A DNA stretch of 63,879 nucleotides, taken from positions 1 through 63,879 of the IMG/VR virus record IMGVR_UViG_3300037088_000377. The stretch is one strand, 5' to 3'. Every line of letters starts with the position of its first letter. Within the stretch, counting starts at the first letter, position 1. The translations under genes and the position numbers were made by a program. Of this stretch, positions 17,416-26,441 are shown piece by piece. Under the pieces are notes generated by a model. That model had not been told where the DNA came from. It searched no databases and saw nothing but the letters and a program-made list of their open reading frames with translations. The stretch is from a virus. Its lineage: Duplodnaviria; Caudoviricetes.

Positions 17416-19607
17416 TGGGCTACGATAACTATCGGGATTGGCAGACCTTCGAAGTGCATATCCTTATGGGGAACGAGCGGAAATCCTATGAGCTGAAGAG
17501 GAAAATTGTCCAGCAAGCCTTGGCGATGGGCAAGTCGGACGATGTCACATATCAGATAGTGGCCAAGGAATTTGCCAAGCAGTTTCGCAAGCTGAGGGAC
17601 CAAGTAAAAGTAGAGTTTGACGAGAGTCTTAACGACACGATAACAGAGCGGGGAGAGTTTGAGGCTCGGCAGATAGAGGGAAAGAAGCCGACGCCCAGCG
17701 AATTTGGTCATAATGGCGATGTCCTCAACGAAGTCATGGATATGATTCGTAGCGATATGGGAAGCGGACTCTTGCCAAGGTGGGAAGAGCCTGACTGGCT
17801 GGAGCTTGCCGAGTGTGAGGTAGAGCAGGAGAAGCTGGAGAGGTCATCAGCGAAGGCAGTAATGCAAATGAAACAACAGCCCGGAGAGGATGTTGAGCTT
17901 CCTCCCGATATGACAGAGGGGCTAAAAGCAATGGGAATCAGGGGTTCCAAGGAGACAGTCATGACGAAGGTAGCGTTTGTCCTCAAGGGTCATAAATTCG
18001 TGTCATCTCTCCCGTCCGCAAAGGCGGCGGGAAGGTTCATCAAGGCGGCCAACGACAAATGGGGCAAGGAATTTAAGGTCGGGGGCATGGGGACGGACCA
18101 GGAATCCGAGCTGGTGACCTCCGGTGTCAACGTCCTTGATGCGGCCGTCGTGCCCGAGCACTTGGAAGACACCAAGTTTGCCGCAGGCGGGGGTGATACC
18201 TTCCAAGGGGCTTATATCGTGATGCAGCAGGACGCCTACAAACACCTGCAGGTCAGGGCGACCCCACAGGGAAGGCGTGAGGCCGAGACCCTAGCGGGCG
18301 AACCTACTGACAACGCCTTGGCGAGCCTGCTTGAGGATGCCACAGGCAATGGTTGGGAATGGAAGACACCCGAGGAGCTTGGGGCATTGACCTCCGCCCC
18401 CATCCTTGCCAGCCCGGCAGGCAATGTTTACTGGCACGAGCGATACCAAGTGGACGACCCTATCGAGATGCTGGCCAAGGGGGGAATGGTGCAGTTCAAC
18501 TATGCAGGGAACTTGAATGAGACCGAGGAAGTCCCGGTAGAGGGCAAGGCACCCGAGGCAGCAATCGGGGGAGGAATCATGGCATCGGCAAAGGCAAAAA
18601 TTGGAAAGAAGATGAAGAGCTTTGACTTCTTCTTCCCCCGACAGGTCTTACGAGAGTTTTATCCCAAGATACGGTTGGGTGCCTTCAACTTTTCCCCGGC
18701 GCACGTGCAGGGTCAGGTCGCCAGGGAATTCACGGACGAGATACCGGGAAACACCGTTGACAAGGTCAACCCCAATATCGGCGGATTCGGAAACGAGGAC
18801 AACCACCCGATGCTCAACCCCGAAATATCCGGGGATATGCACACCATAGCCGCCCTTGAAGACCTGTTCGACAACCTGACGAAGCTCAGCTACGTCAGTA
18901 CCTCTCCCGCAGGCGCAGCCGGGCTGGGCAGGGACTTCAAGCCTCAGACCCTCGAAGGACAGGCTTTCCGTTCCCCGGACGACGCACGTGGGGGCATGTT
19001 CGGGGAGGAGTTCTACCAGAACTATGGCATGGGACCGGACGGGGACGCCCTCAGTCACCTTGCTGCGATGATGGACGAGGATAAGCACGAGACTTGCGGG
19101 AAGTGCGGCCAGTGCATACACTGCGGTACCTGCCACTGCCCGGAGCCACAGCGTACCGGAAAGTTCGGGGAAAACAAGGAGGCACACCGGAAGCTGGCCG
19201 GGATGGGTAATGCCAAGGAGCAGTTCGGCACGTTCCTGAAGATGGTGATGATGGAGATTGCAACTACTCTCCTATCAGCATGGAAGGTAACAAATCGTCC
19301 CCCTTTGAACAAGATTCCGGGGACTGGGGAAGTTCAGCTTGACCAGATAGAGCAACAGCAGTACCAAGGTATTTCCAGCTTAAGCCTTACTGTCACGAAG
19401 AGCCAAGTGAAGTATCTTGTAGAAAAGCTAAACGATGGGGACCTTCAGGAAGTTCTCAACGATAGTTGGGCTCAGGCGGCTGCTTGGTGTGGTAGCCCTA
19501 ACGGGGGTGGGGTGCGGGAGGTATTCGTAAGGGCAGAAACACTTGACTCCGAGTCTCTCAGGCTCGTCTACAAGTTCGTGACTGGTACTCGTGACTCGGC
19601 GGCATAA
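17415..19607 (+). CDS. Large modular putative head-associated protein
   Basis: 730 aa; TAATG coupling; TKVAF, TKFAA, TKLSY and RKLAG motifs; CGKCGQCIHCGTCHC cluster. Confidence 0.65.
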   Translation: MGYDNYRDWQTFEVHILMGNERKSYELKRKIVQQALAMGKSDDVTYQIVAKEFAKQFRKLRDQVKVEFDESLNDTITERGEFEARQIEGKKPTPSEFGHNGDVLNEVMDMIRSDMGSGLLPRWEEPDWLELAECEVEQEKLERSSAKAVMQMKQQPGEDVELPPDMTEGLKAMGIRGSKETVMTKVAFVLKGHKFVSSLPSAKAAGRFIKAANDKWGKEFKVGGMGTDQESELVTSGVNVLDAAVVPEHLEDTKFAAGGGDTFQGAYIVMQQDAYKHLQVRATPQGRREAETLAGEPTDNALASLLEDATGNGWEWKTPEELGALTSAPILASPAGNVYWHERYQVDDPIEMLAKGGMVQFNYAGNLNETEEVPVEGKAPEAAIGGGIMASAKAKIGKKMKSFDFFFPRQVLREFYPKIRLGAFNFSPAHVQGQVAREFTDEIPGNTVDKVNPNIGGFGNEDNHPMLNPEISGDMHTIAALEDLFDNLTKLSYVSTSPAGAAGLGRDFKPQTLEGQAFRSPDDARGGMFGEEFYQNYGMGPDGDALSHLAAMMDEDKHETCGKCGQCIHCGTCHCPEPQRTGKFGENKEAHRKLAGMGNAKEQFGTFLKMVMMEIATTLLSAWKVTNRPPLNKIPGTGEVQLDQIEQQQYQGISSLSLTVTKSQVKYLVEKLNDGDLQEVLNDSWAQAAAWCGSPNGGGVREVFVRAETLDSESLRLVYKFVTGTRDSAA

Positions 19608-19912
19608 TGGTTATCCTCAAGCGGTCAGGACAGGCGATAGAGTTCACGCCGTGGCGGATTGCCTTGGAGCAGCTTGGCATTGACGACATGGCGGTGACCC
19701 CTGATGTGTTTCCCGACCTGCTTGACGAGGTCACGGAAAAATGCCTCTCGTGGCTCTACGACCATCCCGACGAACCGGAGGATATCGAGTTTGAGGAAAC
19801 GGTTCGACAGCCTGTGGGAATTCATCGGACTGGCCGCATCGTGCAGGTTGCCCCGATGCGAAGGCAGCCCATAACCGGGGTTGTGAATATCCGGTCATTC
19901 CTACGCCGCTAG
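19607..19912 (+). CDS. Hypothetical protein
   Basis: TAATG coupling; last gene of the rightward block. Confidence 0.65.
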   Translation: MVILKRSGQAIEFTPWRIALEQLGIDDMAVTPDVFPDLLDEVTEKCLSWLYDHPDEPEDIEFEETVRQPVGIHRTGRIVQVAPMRRQPITGVVNIRSFLRR

Positions 19913-20349
19913 CCCCAATTGCTGCAAAGAAGCCACTGTGGTTCCTCGTATTTTATGCCAGCCTTTTTGCAGAAGTCCTTAAGTGTATCCTTCCACTCCT
20001 TCTTGGCAACTATTTCCTGACCTAGTTTCTCGGGACAGCCCCGGTGTGCCCGGTGCTTGGATTCAAGGATGGCGAGGATGTGCATTGGGTAATCTCCACT
20101 GCAATGATACACAAGTTCGATGCCATATTTTTCCTCCAACCCATTCTTCTTATCCCAGTACTTCTTGTAGAGTGGCTTGGTGTCGTCCGAGTAGGGAACC
20201 TTCGGGGATTCTATCCCCTCCAGCTTGGCGAGGAAGTCCTCAAACTCCATTCCCTCACCCCCAATCCCCTGTAAGAACTTTGGGGAACCCTCGTCCTCCT
20301 TGTTCAAGTCGATTCCATAACACAGGATACCGTCAGTGCTCACGCCCAT
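19909..20349 (-). CDS. Hypothetical protein
   Basis: 146 aa, MGVSTDGILCYG; purine-rich RBS. Confidence 0.7.
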   Translation of the reverse strand: MGVSTDGILCYGIDLNKEDEGSPKFLQGIGGEGMEFEDFLAKLEGIESPKVPYSDDTKPLYKKYWDKKNGLEEKYGIELVYHCSGDYPMHILAILESKHRAHRGCPEKLGQEIVAKKEWKDTLKDFCKKAGIKYEEPQWLLCSNWG

Positions 20350-20359
20350 TAATCCCCCT

Positions 20360-20710
20360 TTATCGTTTCAAATGGTGCTTTTCTTTTAGGTTGGAGGAGT
20401 ATTGTGCTCCCCGCTCCGCCCCTGAGCCGCCCTTCGACGACTCATAATCATCCTTCTGCGGTCGGTTCCCAAATGTCGCCAATGGTCCAATCCCATTGCG
20501 GGACTGCGCCTTGTTAAAAGCCTCGGCTTCCTGTCGATTTGCGGTGATTTCAAGGAGTTGAGTGTGTTTACCATCCCAGGAAACTTTGGCCATCAATAAT
20601 TCAGTGGTCTCTTCTGAACAGGCGGGGCAATGAATCGACAATCCGGGTTTGTTCGGCATAAGGTCAAACTCACCTTCACATTTTTGGCATACTCGTTGCT
20701 GTGCTGGCAT
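20360..20710 (-). CDS. Zn-ribbon hypothetical protein
   Basis: CQKC...CPAC; early-type promoter motif upstream. Confidence 0.65.
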   Translation of the reverse strand: MPAQQRVCQKCEGEFDLMPNKPGLSIHCPACSEETTELLMAKVSWDGKHTQLLEITANRQEAEAFNKAQSRNGIGPLATFGNRPQKDDYESSKGGSGAERGAQYSSNLKEKHHLKR

Positions 20711-20797
20711 AAATCCTCCACTCATATTATACAACCCGTAAGTAAAAAATCCCTGGGAAAGTTACCTGAGCTGGTGTATGATAATAGTGGAGGGTTT

Positions 20798-21223
20798 ATG
20801 AAACGAGCGAAGGCTACCGATGGGATGCTGCCGTCATTGACGAAATCCGATGAGAAGTTCCTGCACGAGCTATGTGTATCGTGGAACCCAGACCTTATTC
20901 CGGGGTTCATCGTTCCCAGAACCCTCAGGGGTTACCTGAAAAAATATCCCAATGATATCAGGTCCTACACGGAGGTTGCGGCCAAGCAACTTGGATATAC
21001 CCCTTTTGACGAATCTTTTTACGATGATTGGTCGCAGGATTTAATTTTGATGTTTCTCAACTTCGCCAAGGATGACTTGGAAGATATTGTCGAGATGTAC
21101 ATCACCGCCCCCGAGAGGACACCTGGCCAGCCGGTATCAGACCACTTCAACGCCTACATTCAGTTTCGGGTGACGGCCGCACTGCCGACCTCGCTGTACG
21201 GTATTAACCCAGCAGGGGAATAG
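20798..21223 (+). CDS. Short paralog of the N-terminal half of the sigma-like protein at 6469-7305
   Basis: GFIVPRTL..Y...YPNDI / DDWSQDLILMF / FNAYIQF aligns by eye with GFVVPKDF..F...FPNHI / EDWAHDLLIHL / FLNYINF. Confidence 0.6.
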   Translation: MKRAKATDGMLPSLTKSDEKFLHELCVSWNPDLIPGFIVPRTLRGYLKKYPNDIRSYTEVAAKQLGYTPFDESFYDDWSQDLILMFLNFAKDDLEDIVEMYITAPERTPGQPVSDHFNAYIQFRVTAALPTSLYGINPAGE

Positions 21224-21370
21224 CGTGGGGATATGGCCAAGTACCAGTCTGTGTCGAAGCTGGAGATTGTGGCCATACGGAGGTCACAGGCAAGATATCT
21301 AAAAGGTCTGGTTCTAGCGGTCGGTGCCTACCACGGGAGGTGCATGGATAGGGGTCAAGATGGACCTTTA

Positions 21371-21420
21371 AAAATTTCTTGGATTTTTGGTCCGAAGTGG
21401 TGTATAATATAGGTGGAGGG
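21371..21420 (+). promoter_or_regulatory. Putative early promoter fused to an RBS, consensus RAATCCYY-N~20-TGTATAMTATRRGTGGAGG
   Basis: Copies at about 2000-2045(-), 5543-5590(-), 6000-6045(-), 8305-8355(-), 20713-20740(-), 20745-20795(+), 23405-23430(+), 46239-46285(+), 47641-47690(+), 48548-48595(+), 48779-48825(+) and 50518-50565(+). Each has an extended -10 (TG-TATAAT or TG-TATACT); the upstream AATCC element is degenerate or absent in some. Confidence 0.75.
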
Positions 21421-21424
21421 AAAA

Positions 21425-22324
21425 ATGACAAAAAAGATACCGTGGAAGAGGATAGAAGCAACGCCTGGTCTTACTTTTCCAGAAGCGACCCTTGGGACAG
21501 AGTACTTCAGCGGAGGGAATCCGCAGGACCAGACTGACCGGCTTATCAAGGAGCTTATTCCTAACTCTAAGGATGCCAGTACCAATGGCTTTATAGAGAT
21601 TGCCATCTCCATAGGAGAAGTTTCTGGAGACGCCATACGCAGGCATTTCGGGGACCTTTCCGATGACCTAAAGGCTGAGGGAGCCACTGGCAGAGCAAGA
21701 TACCAGCACATTGATATGGATGCCGACCGTATCCGTGCGATGGTGTTTGAGGATTTTGGCACCATGGGTTTGGCAGGAGACATCCACAATACCGTGATAG
21801 CAACGAAGAAAGACCTCGAAGGCAACAACTGGGGGGGGTTTTGGTTCTTGGATGGAGCTTCCTCGGGGGCAGGGAAAGGTGGCAGGGGGGGAAAGCACGG
21901 GATAGGGAAGAACTCGCTTCTCCTGAATAGTGGCATCAGTGCCTTTGCGGTGAACACTGTATGGAACCCATCGAAGGGATTGGGTAATTTTGACCTGTTG
22001 ATGGGGCGTGCTGCTCTGTTTACTCGAAAAGTCAAGGAAAAGGTGTATCTTCCCCCTGCATGGATGTGCGAGAATCCTACAGCAGTGAACTTCGCACCGT
22101 TGCCTATCGAAGATGTGGTGACCATCGACCAGTTCCGCAAGGACTTCGGGTTGGTCAGAACGAACGGAGAGGCAGGAACCAGTATCGTTGTCCCGTTCCT
22201 CAACGAACAGATAACCATAGACACCGTGGAAGCGGCAGTGGCTACGCAGTTCACAAGGCTCCTGCTTGAAGGTAAGGTAAGGTGCGAGATAGGACCGATA
22301 GGAGGATTGAGCCATGGCAAGTAG
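21425..22324 (+). CDS. GHKL (Hsp90/MORC-like) ATPase domain protein
   Basis: N box LIKELIPNSKDA, G1 FEDFGTMGL, G2 GKGGRGGKHGIGK, G3 GTSIVVP. Confidence 0.75.
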   Translation: MTKKIPWKRIEATPGLTFPEATLGTEYFSGGNPQDQTDRLIKELIPNSKDASTNGFIEIAISIGEVSGDAIRRHFGDLSDDLKAEGATGRARYQHIDMDADRIRAMVFEDFGTMGLAGDIHNTVIATKKDLEGNNWGGFWFLDGASSGAGKGGRGGKHGIGKNSLLLNSGISAFAVNTVWNPSKGLGNFDLLMGRAALFTRKVKEKVYLPPAWMCENPTAVNFAPLPIEDVVTIDQFRKDFGLVRTNGEAGTSIVVPFLNEQITIDTVEAAVATQFTRLLLEGKVRCEIGPIGGLSHGK

Positions 22325-23381
22325 CATACTGGATAGCAACACCATCCTGCCGCTGCTCGAAGGAAAGCTCATAGAGCATAAGGACGGAGTTGGGGAGACT
22401 GGATTCATCGTTCTAGCAAGGCTTATGGAGTTTTACCTGAAAGGCAGCGGAGCGAACCTTGTCCTCCAGCAAACTATGCCCTCGACGGCGTGGCGGGGAG
22501 ATTTCGTCCTAGTCCAAGGAGCCTATGAGGACTCTTGGGGCAGGCTATGCAAGGGACAGCCCATAGAGGTAAGGGTACAGACCACGATTGCAAGGACGGA
22601 CGGGACCAAGCAGGGGACTTACATCACAGTCCTCTTGATGCATGACCCTGACCGGCTTTGGCGACCTCATGTGAGTCGGAATGGGCTTCCAATCACTGAA
22701 GCGTGCAGTGGGCAAAACCGCAGTGAGTATATCGTCGAGATACTCGTTGACGACGACCCCATAGCCGAGTTTGTGGGAGATGCTGAAGACCCCTCCCATC
22801 GCAAGCTGAACACCAGGGAACTCAAGACGAAGTATGAGAATGCTGACAGGATGCTGGAGTTCGTAACTGGTGCGGCTGTGGGGATTCTCAAACGGCTGCG
22901 GCCACCAGACACGAAAATCAACCGTGATGCATTCGCAGACTTTCTCCCCGCTCCTGGGGCTGTCCCCGCTGCACCTGACCCTCCTCTTGCTGGTAAGGGC
23001 AAGGGCGGGATGGAAATTCCTCACGGAAATAGTGATGACCCAGTATGCCTCAGTTACAAGGACGGGGTTCTGGAGATAGGGCAGAATGGAGACATCGTTC
23101 CTCGTCGTTTTATCATCAAGGCGAGCTTCCATGGGCTTCCTCACGATAGGAACGACTTCGATTTCAAGAACATGGAGGATTCCGAAGACATCGAGTATGA
23201 AGGAATCAAGCGCATCGAAGCACTTTCATCCAACAGGCTCTTGGTGATTCCTAAGAAAAAAAATGCCAAGAAGTTTCGTTTGACCATCAAGGGGTTGGAT
23301 GACGAGACGGCGCTTCGCCAACTCGATGTTCGTGTCAGGGCCACGTTAAATGACGAAGAGAAAGAGGGGGATGAGGAATAA
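22314..23381 (+). CDS. Hypothetical protein, probably the C-terminal half of a split GHKL protein
   Basis: Overlaps the GHKL ORF and has its own GGAGG RBS; contains FVGDAEDPSH. Confidence 0.6.
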   Translation: MASSILDSNTILPLLEGKLIEHKDGVGETGFIVLARLMEFYLKGSGANLVLQQTMPSTAWRGDFVLVQGAYEDSWGRLCKGQPIEVRVQTTIARTDGTKQGTYITVLLMHDPDRLWRPHVSRNGLPITEACSGQNRSEYIVEILVDDDPIAEFVGDAEDPSHRKLNTRELKTKYENADRMLEFVTGAAVGILKRLRPPDTKINRDAFADFLPAPGAVPAAPDPPLAGKGKGGMEIPHGNSDDPVCLSYKDGVLEIGQNGDIVPRRFIIKASFHGLPHDRNDFDFKNMEDSEDIEYEGIKRIEALSSNRLLVIPKKKNAKKFRLTIKGLDDETALRQLDVRVRATLNDEEKEGDEE

Positions 23382-23435
23382 TCTCCTCCAATCCCGTATC
23401 CAGAAATGTATACTACATACAGAGGAGGAAAGGCT

Positions 23436-24281
23436 ATGGAAGCAGGCACAGCAACAGCGGAGGAAAAACAGGGGAAGAAGGTAAAGCCCTGCGTTAAGAT
23501 GAGCCTCAGCGGTCTGAAGGTAGAAAACCTCCCCCAGTCCTCGGTCATCGTCCGAGTGACAGATGACGGAAAGAGTGCGGAATTCGACCTGTCCGCCATT
23601 AGGAAGAAACTATCTTCCTATGCTGATGAAATCGAAGTGCATCTTATTGTGACGCATTCCGACGCCGACAGGTTCCAAGCACGGCATAGGATGGGAACTT
23701 GGAAGGACATCGAAAACAACATCAGGATACCCATCCCCGATAGGTTGCCACCGAAAGGGCTGCGCTTTGAGCTACGGATGGTGGACGAGGCTAACTATGG
23801 GAGAATCCGAGGAACGTGCAAGGACCTAAGGCTTCCGCAGCTTACGGAGGGGAGCCTTCTATGTCTAGCCGTGGATATGGACTTGGGGGGTATTCCGTAC
23901 ACATTGCGTTATCCCGTTGGGGACTATCCGAGATTGGTTCTGTCCTCTGACCTTCTAAAGGCGGCGGGAGACCAGACCGTAGACGAGTACATGAGCCTAC
24001 TGGACAACCAAGTGAAGATTTTCCTGCCCGCAGTCCACAGGGTCCTTTCTCACATCGCTAGGAAGATGGGGATGGAAGGAAGGGAAGAATTAACTTCAGA
24101 GGAAGAGAACTGGGTAGTAGCCTTCGAGAAGTACGGCGCTCCACCAGAGGAATCCGACGAGCCTGCGACCATGGCTGTCATGGAGAAAGAAGAAGATTGG
24201 GTTTACTGTGTAGTATCACAGTGGGCCAAGGGAACAAGGTTCATGGAGGGATTCGTGAGGAGAGGAGAAAAGCAATGCTGA
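23436..24281 (+). CDS. Hypothetical protein of the GHKL operon
   Basis: GGAGG RBS; 281 aa. Confidence 0.7.
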   Translation: MEAGTATAEEKQGKKVKPCVKMSLSGLKVENLPQSSVIVRVTDDGKSAEFDLSAIRKKLSSYADEIEVHLIVTHSDADRFQARHRMGTWKDIENNIRIPIPDRLPPKGLRFELRMVDEANYGRIRGTCKDLRLPQLTEGSLLCLAVDMDLGGIPYTLRYPVGDYPRLVLSSDLLKAAGDQTVDEYMSLLDNQVKIFLPAVHRVLSHIARKMGMEGREELTSEEENWVVAFEKYGAPPEESDEPATMAVMEKEEDWVYCVVSQWAKGTRFMEGFVRRGEKQC

Positions 24282-25060
24282 TGAGGATACGGAGATTCAA
24301 CCAGAGGGGGCTGGACAAGATACGGGAGGTCTACGCTAGTATCCGACAGACCGGCGTGATGCCAGACCAAGGGCAGAGAACCACAATCTTGATTGATGGC
24401 AACCTTACGGAGGAGTTACGCCCTGCGGCAAGCATCGACCCCGACAGGCGGTTTGCCTTAAGTTTTGAGTTGGGGCACCATTTGTCAGATGCCGTAGGGG
24501 CTGCCGGGCTGATGTTCAGAAAGGAGGAGTGGGAATGGCTGAGGTTTTTGTACTTGGACCAGATTTGCCAGAGGAATAAGAAGGGGAGTTCCTGGAATCC
24601 TCCCCAAGACGAGCACATCGCTGGACGGAGGGGTCGCCACAAGATTAGGACAGCCTACGAACTGTATGAGGGTGCAAAAGACATGGATGAAGCGGATAAG
24701 AGTATCTTGTCTAAGATTCCGCTGCAACAGGGAACCAGCGACGTATGGGATGTTATCTTTGCAGTGAAGTTCCCAATGTTACAGTATCACGAGGTGCTGT
24801 GGGCAATGACTATGGTGTACGTGAATGAGGATGGTGCCCTTCGTAAAGGGTTGAGCAGCAGGTCTCCGTGGGCTTCTAGGTACTTCCCTCGCTCTCTTGC
24901 GCATAACGCTGCCTACGGATTCGACTTTTCCTTCCTTGACCGGTATGCAGTTCTGGCGATGCTGCCCAAGAAGAACTTCGGAACGCTTTTGTCGAAACTC
25001 CCGAGGAAGGACAGGGACAGGGTCGAGGAAGCCAGAAACAGGTTAAAAAGGGTTCGGTAA
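24275..25060 (+). CDS. Hypothetical protein of the GHKL operon
   Basis: MLMRIRRFNQRG...WEWLRFLYLDQIC; overlaps the previous gene. Confidence 0.7.
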   Translation: MLMRIRRFNQRGLDKIREVYASIRQTGVMPDQGQRTTILIDGNLTEELRPAASIDPDRRFALSFELGHHLSDAVGAAGLMFRKEEWEWLRFLYLDQICQRNKKGSSWNPPQDEHIAGRRGRHKIRTAYELYEGAKDMDEADKSILSKIPLQQGTSDVWDVIFAVKFPMLQYHEVLWAMTMVYVNEDGALRKGLSSRSPWASRYFPRSLAHNAAYGFDFSFLDRYAVLAMLPKKNFGTLLSKLPRKDRDRVEEARNRLKRVR

Positions 25061-25086
25061 CGATATCCAAAACTGGAGGAAATGAC

Positions 25087-25449
25087 ATGGCAAAAAAGCA
25101 TATGACTATCAGAATGCGTATAAAGGGCACGAGGGCGGTACTCCGGTCAAAAAAGACTCCCGCCCATACCAAACCGGGGCTACAGAAGTACTTAGATGGG
25201 CTGCTCACCCCCAAGCATTCCATACCCCTGACCACACGGATAAAGGGCACAGTGGCTTCATTGGGCTCCCCCCATACCCCGGAGATTTTCAAGAAAGGGG
25301 CAGAGGAGAGAGTGAGCCTCCTTCTTGAACAGCGCCTTGAGGAGCTTTTCGGATGCGACCAAGCTCGTCTTCAACGCTTCTTCTCGAAACTTATTGGCTA
25401 TGACCAGTCCGTTCCCAAAAACTTTTTCTCTAAACTTGTTGGACGCTGA
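25087..25449 (+). CDS. Small basic protein with an internal duplication
   Basis: GGAGG RBS; RIKGTRAVLRSKKTP and RIKGTVASLGSPHTP. The 3' part overlaps the methyltransferase gene antisense. Confidence 0.5.
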   Translation: MAKKHMTIRMRIKGTRAVLRSKKTPAHTKPGLQKYLDGLLTPKHSIPLTTRIKGTVASLGSPHTPEIFKKGAEERVSLLLEQRLEELFGCDQARLQRFFSKLIGYDQSVPKNFFSKLVGR

Positions 25450-26415
25450 CTGGTCAACCATTTCTATTCTTTCACCTAGCCACCTCATTACTGGCACAGC
25501 CATGCTGTTACCAAGTGCCATGTAGCGTAGCATGTCGGGGCACTCCTCCTCGGGTCTACCTTCCCAAGATATCCGGGTGAAGTTGTCTTCGAATCCCATA
25601 AGCCTTTCCCACTCGACAGGAGTGAGGTGGCGGGTTCTACCGTCAGCCTCGGTGATGTAAGTCTCAGACGTAGGATTGTAGCAGCCTATACCTCGTGCTT
25701 TAAGGCAGAAGGAGAGACTTCCTCCGTTGGTAGTTAATTCTGAGTATTGACTGCTCTTTGGAGAGATTCTCGGAGTCTTGGGTACAGGTTGTAAGCTGTC
25801 TTCCCCATTGCCTTGTACTTCTTCTCCCGATTCAGGAGTCCTTGGGCCGCTTTCTTCCCCAAATAAAACTTCCCAGGCAGGTTGGCTATCTCCAAGATAC
25901 CCCACAACGAACACTCTTTTGCGTCTTTGGGCGACCTCGAAGAATCTAGCATCCAGCACCCTGTAAGCGAACCCGTACCCGCATTTGCCCAATTCCCAGA
26001 GGAAGGCTCCAAAATCGTGATGCTTTGTCCCGTTTTCAGCTTCAAGCGAATTGGAGGACAGAACTCCGGGGACGTTCTCCCAGAGGACCCAGCGTGCCCT
26101 GGACCTCTTGGCAAGTTTGCAGAAAGCCAGCATAAGGCTTCCTCGTTCGTCGGAGAGACCTTGTTTTTTACCGTTAATGCTGTAGGGCTGGCAGGGGGTT
26201 CCTCCGACGAGCAGGTCGATTTTAGAGTCTCTGAATTTCTTTTTTCTTTCAAGGGTCGTCATGTCTCCTAAGTCTTCAATGGTGGGAAACCTATTGTGCA
26301 GTACTGCTTTGGGGAACTTCTTTATCTCCGAGAACCAAGCAGCTTTCCATCCAAGTGGCTCCCAAGCGACGGTGGTCGCCTCGATTCCGCTGCAAACGCT
26401 GCCATAGGTTATCAT
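25258..26415 (-). CDS. DNA (cytosine-5) methyltransferase
   Basis: Motif I SVCSGIE, IV GGTPCQ, VI WENV, VIII QRRKRVF, IX RHLTPVEWERLMGF, X ALGNS. Confidence 0.92.
   Translation of the reverse strand: MITYGSVCSGIEATTVAWEPLGWKAAWFSEIKKFPKAVLHNRFPTIEDLGDMTTLERKKKFRDSKIDLLVGGTPCQPYSINGKKQGLSDERGSLMLAFCKLAKRSRARWVLWENVPGVLSSNSLEAENGTKHHDFGAFLWELGKCGYGFAYRVLDARFFEVAQRRKRVFVVGYLGDSQPAWEVLFGEESGPRTPESGEEVQGNGEDSLQPVPKTPRISPKSSQYSELTTNGGSLSFCLKARGIGCYNPTSETYITEADGRTRHLTPVEWERLMGFEDNFTRISWEGRPEEECPDMLRYMALGNSMAVPVMRWLGERIEMVDQSASNKFREKVFGNGLVIANKFREEALKTSLVASEKLLKALFKKEAHSLLCPFLENLRGMGGAQ
25734..26252 (-). CDS. Alternate-frame ORF nested in the C5 methyltransferase (putative beta-like subunit)
   Basis: Ends CSLWGILEIANLPGKFYLGKKAAQGLL, resembling the SL.DILE...KYYLS segment of C5 methyltransferases. 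True start unknown. Confidence 0.5.
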   Translation of the reverse strand: MKEKRNSETLKSTCSSEEPPASPTALTVKNKVSPTNEEALCWLSANLPRGPGHAGSSGRTSPEFCPPIRLKLKTGQSITILEPSSGNWANAGTGSLTGCWMLDSSRSPKDAKECSLWGILEIANLPGKFYLGKKAAQGLLNREKKYKAMGKTAYNLYPRLRESLQRAVNTQN

Positions 26416-26441
26416 CAGGGTTTAATACCTAGTTTTCAATC

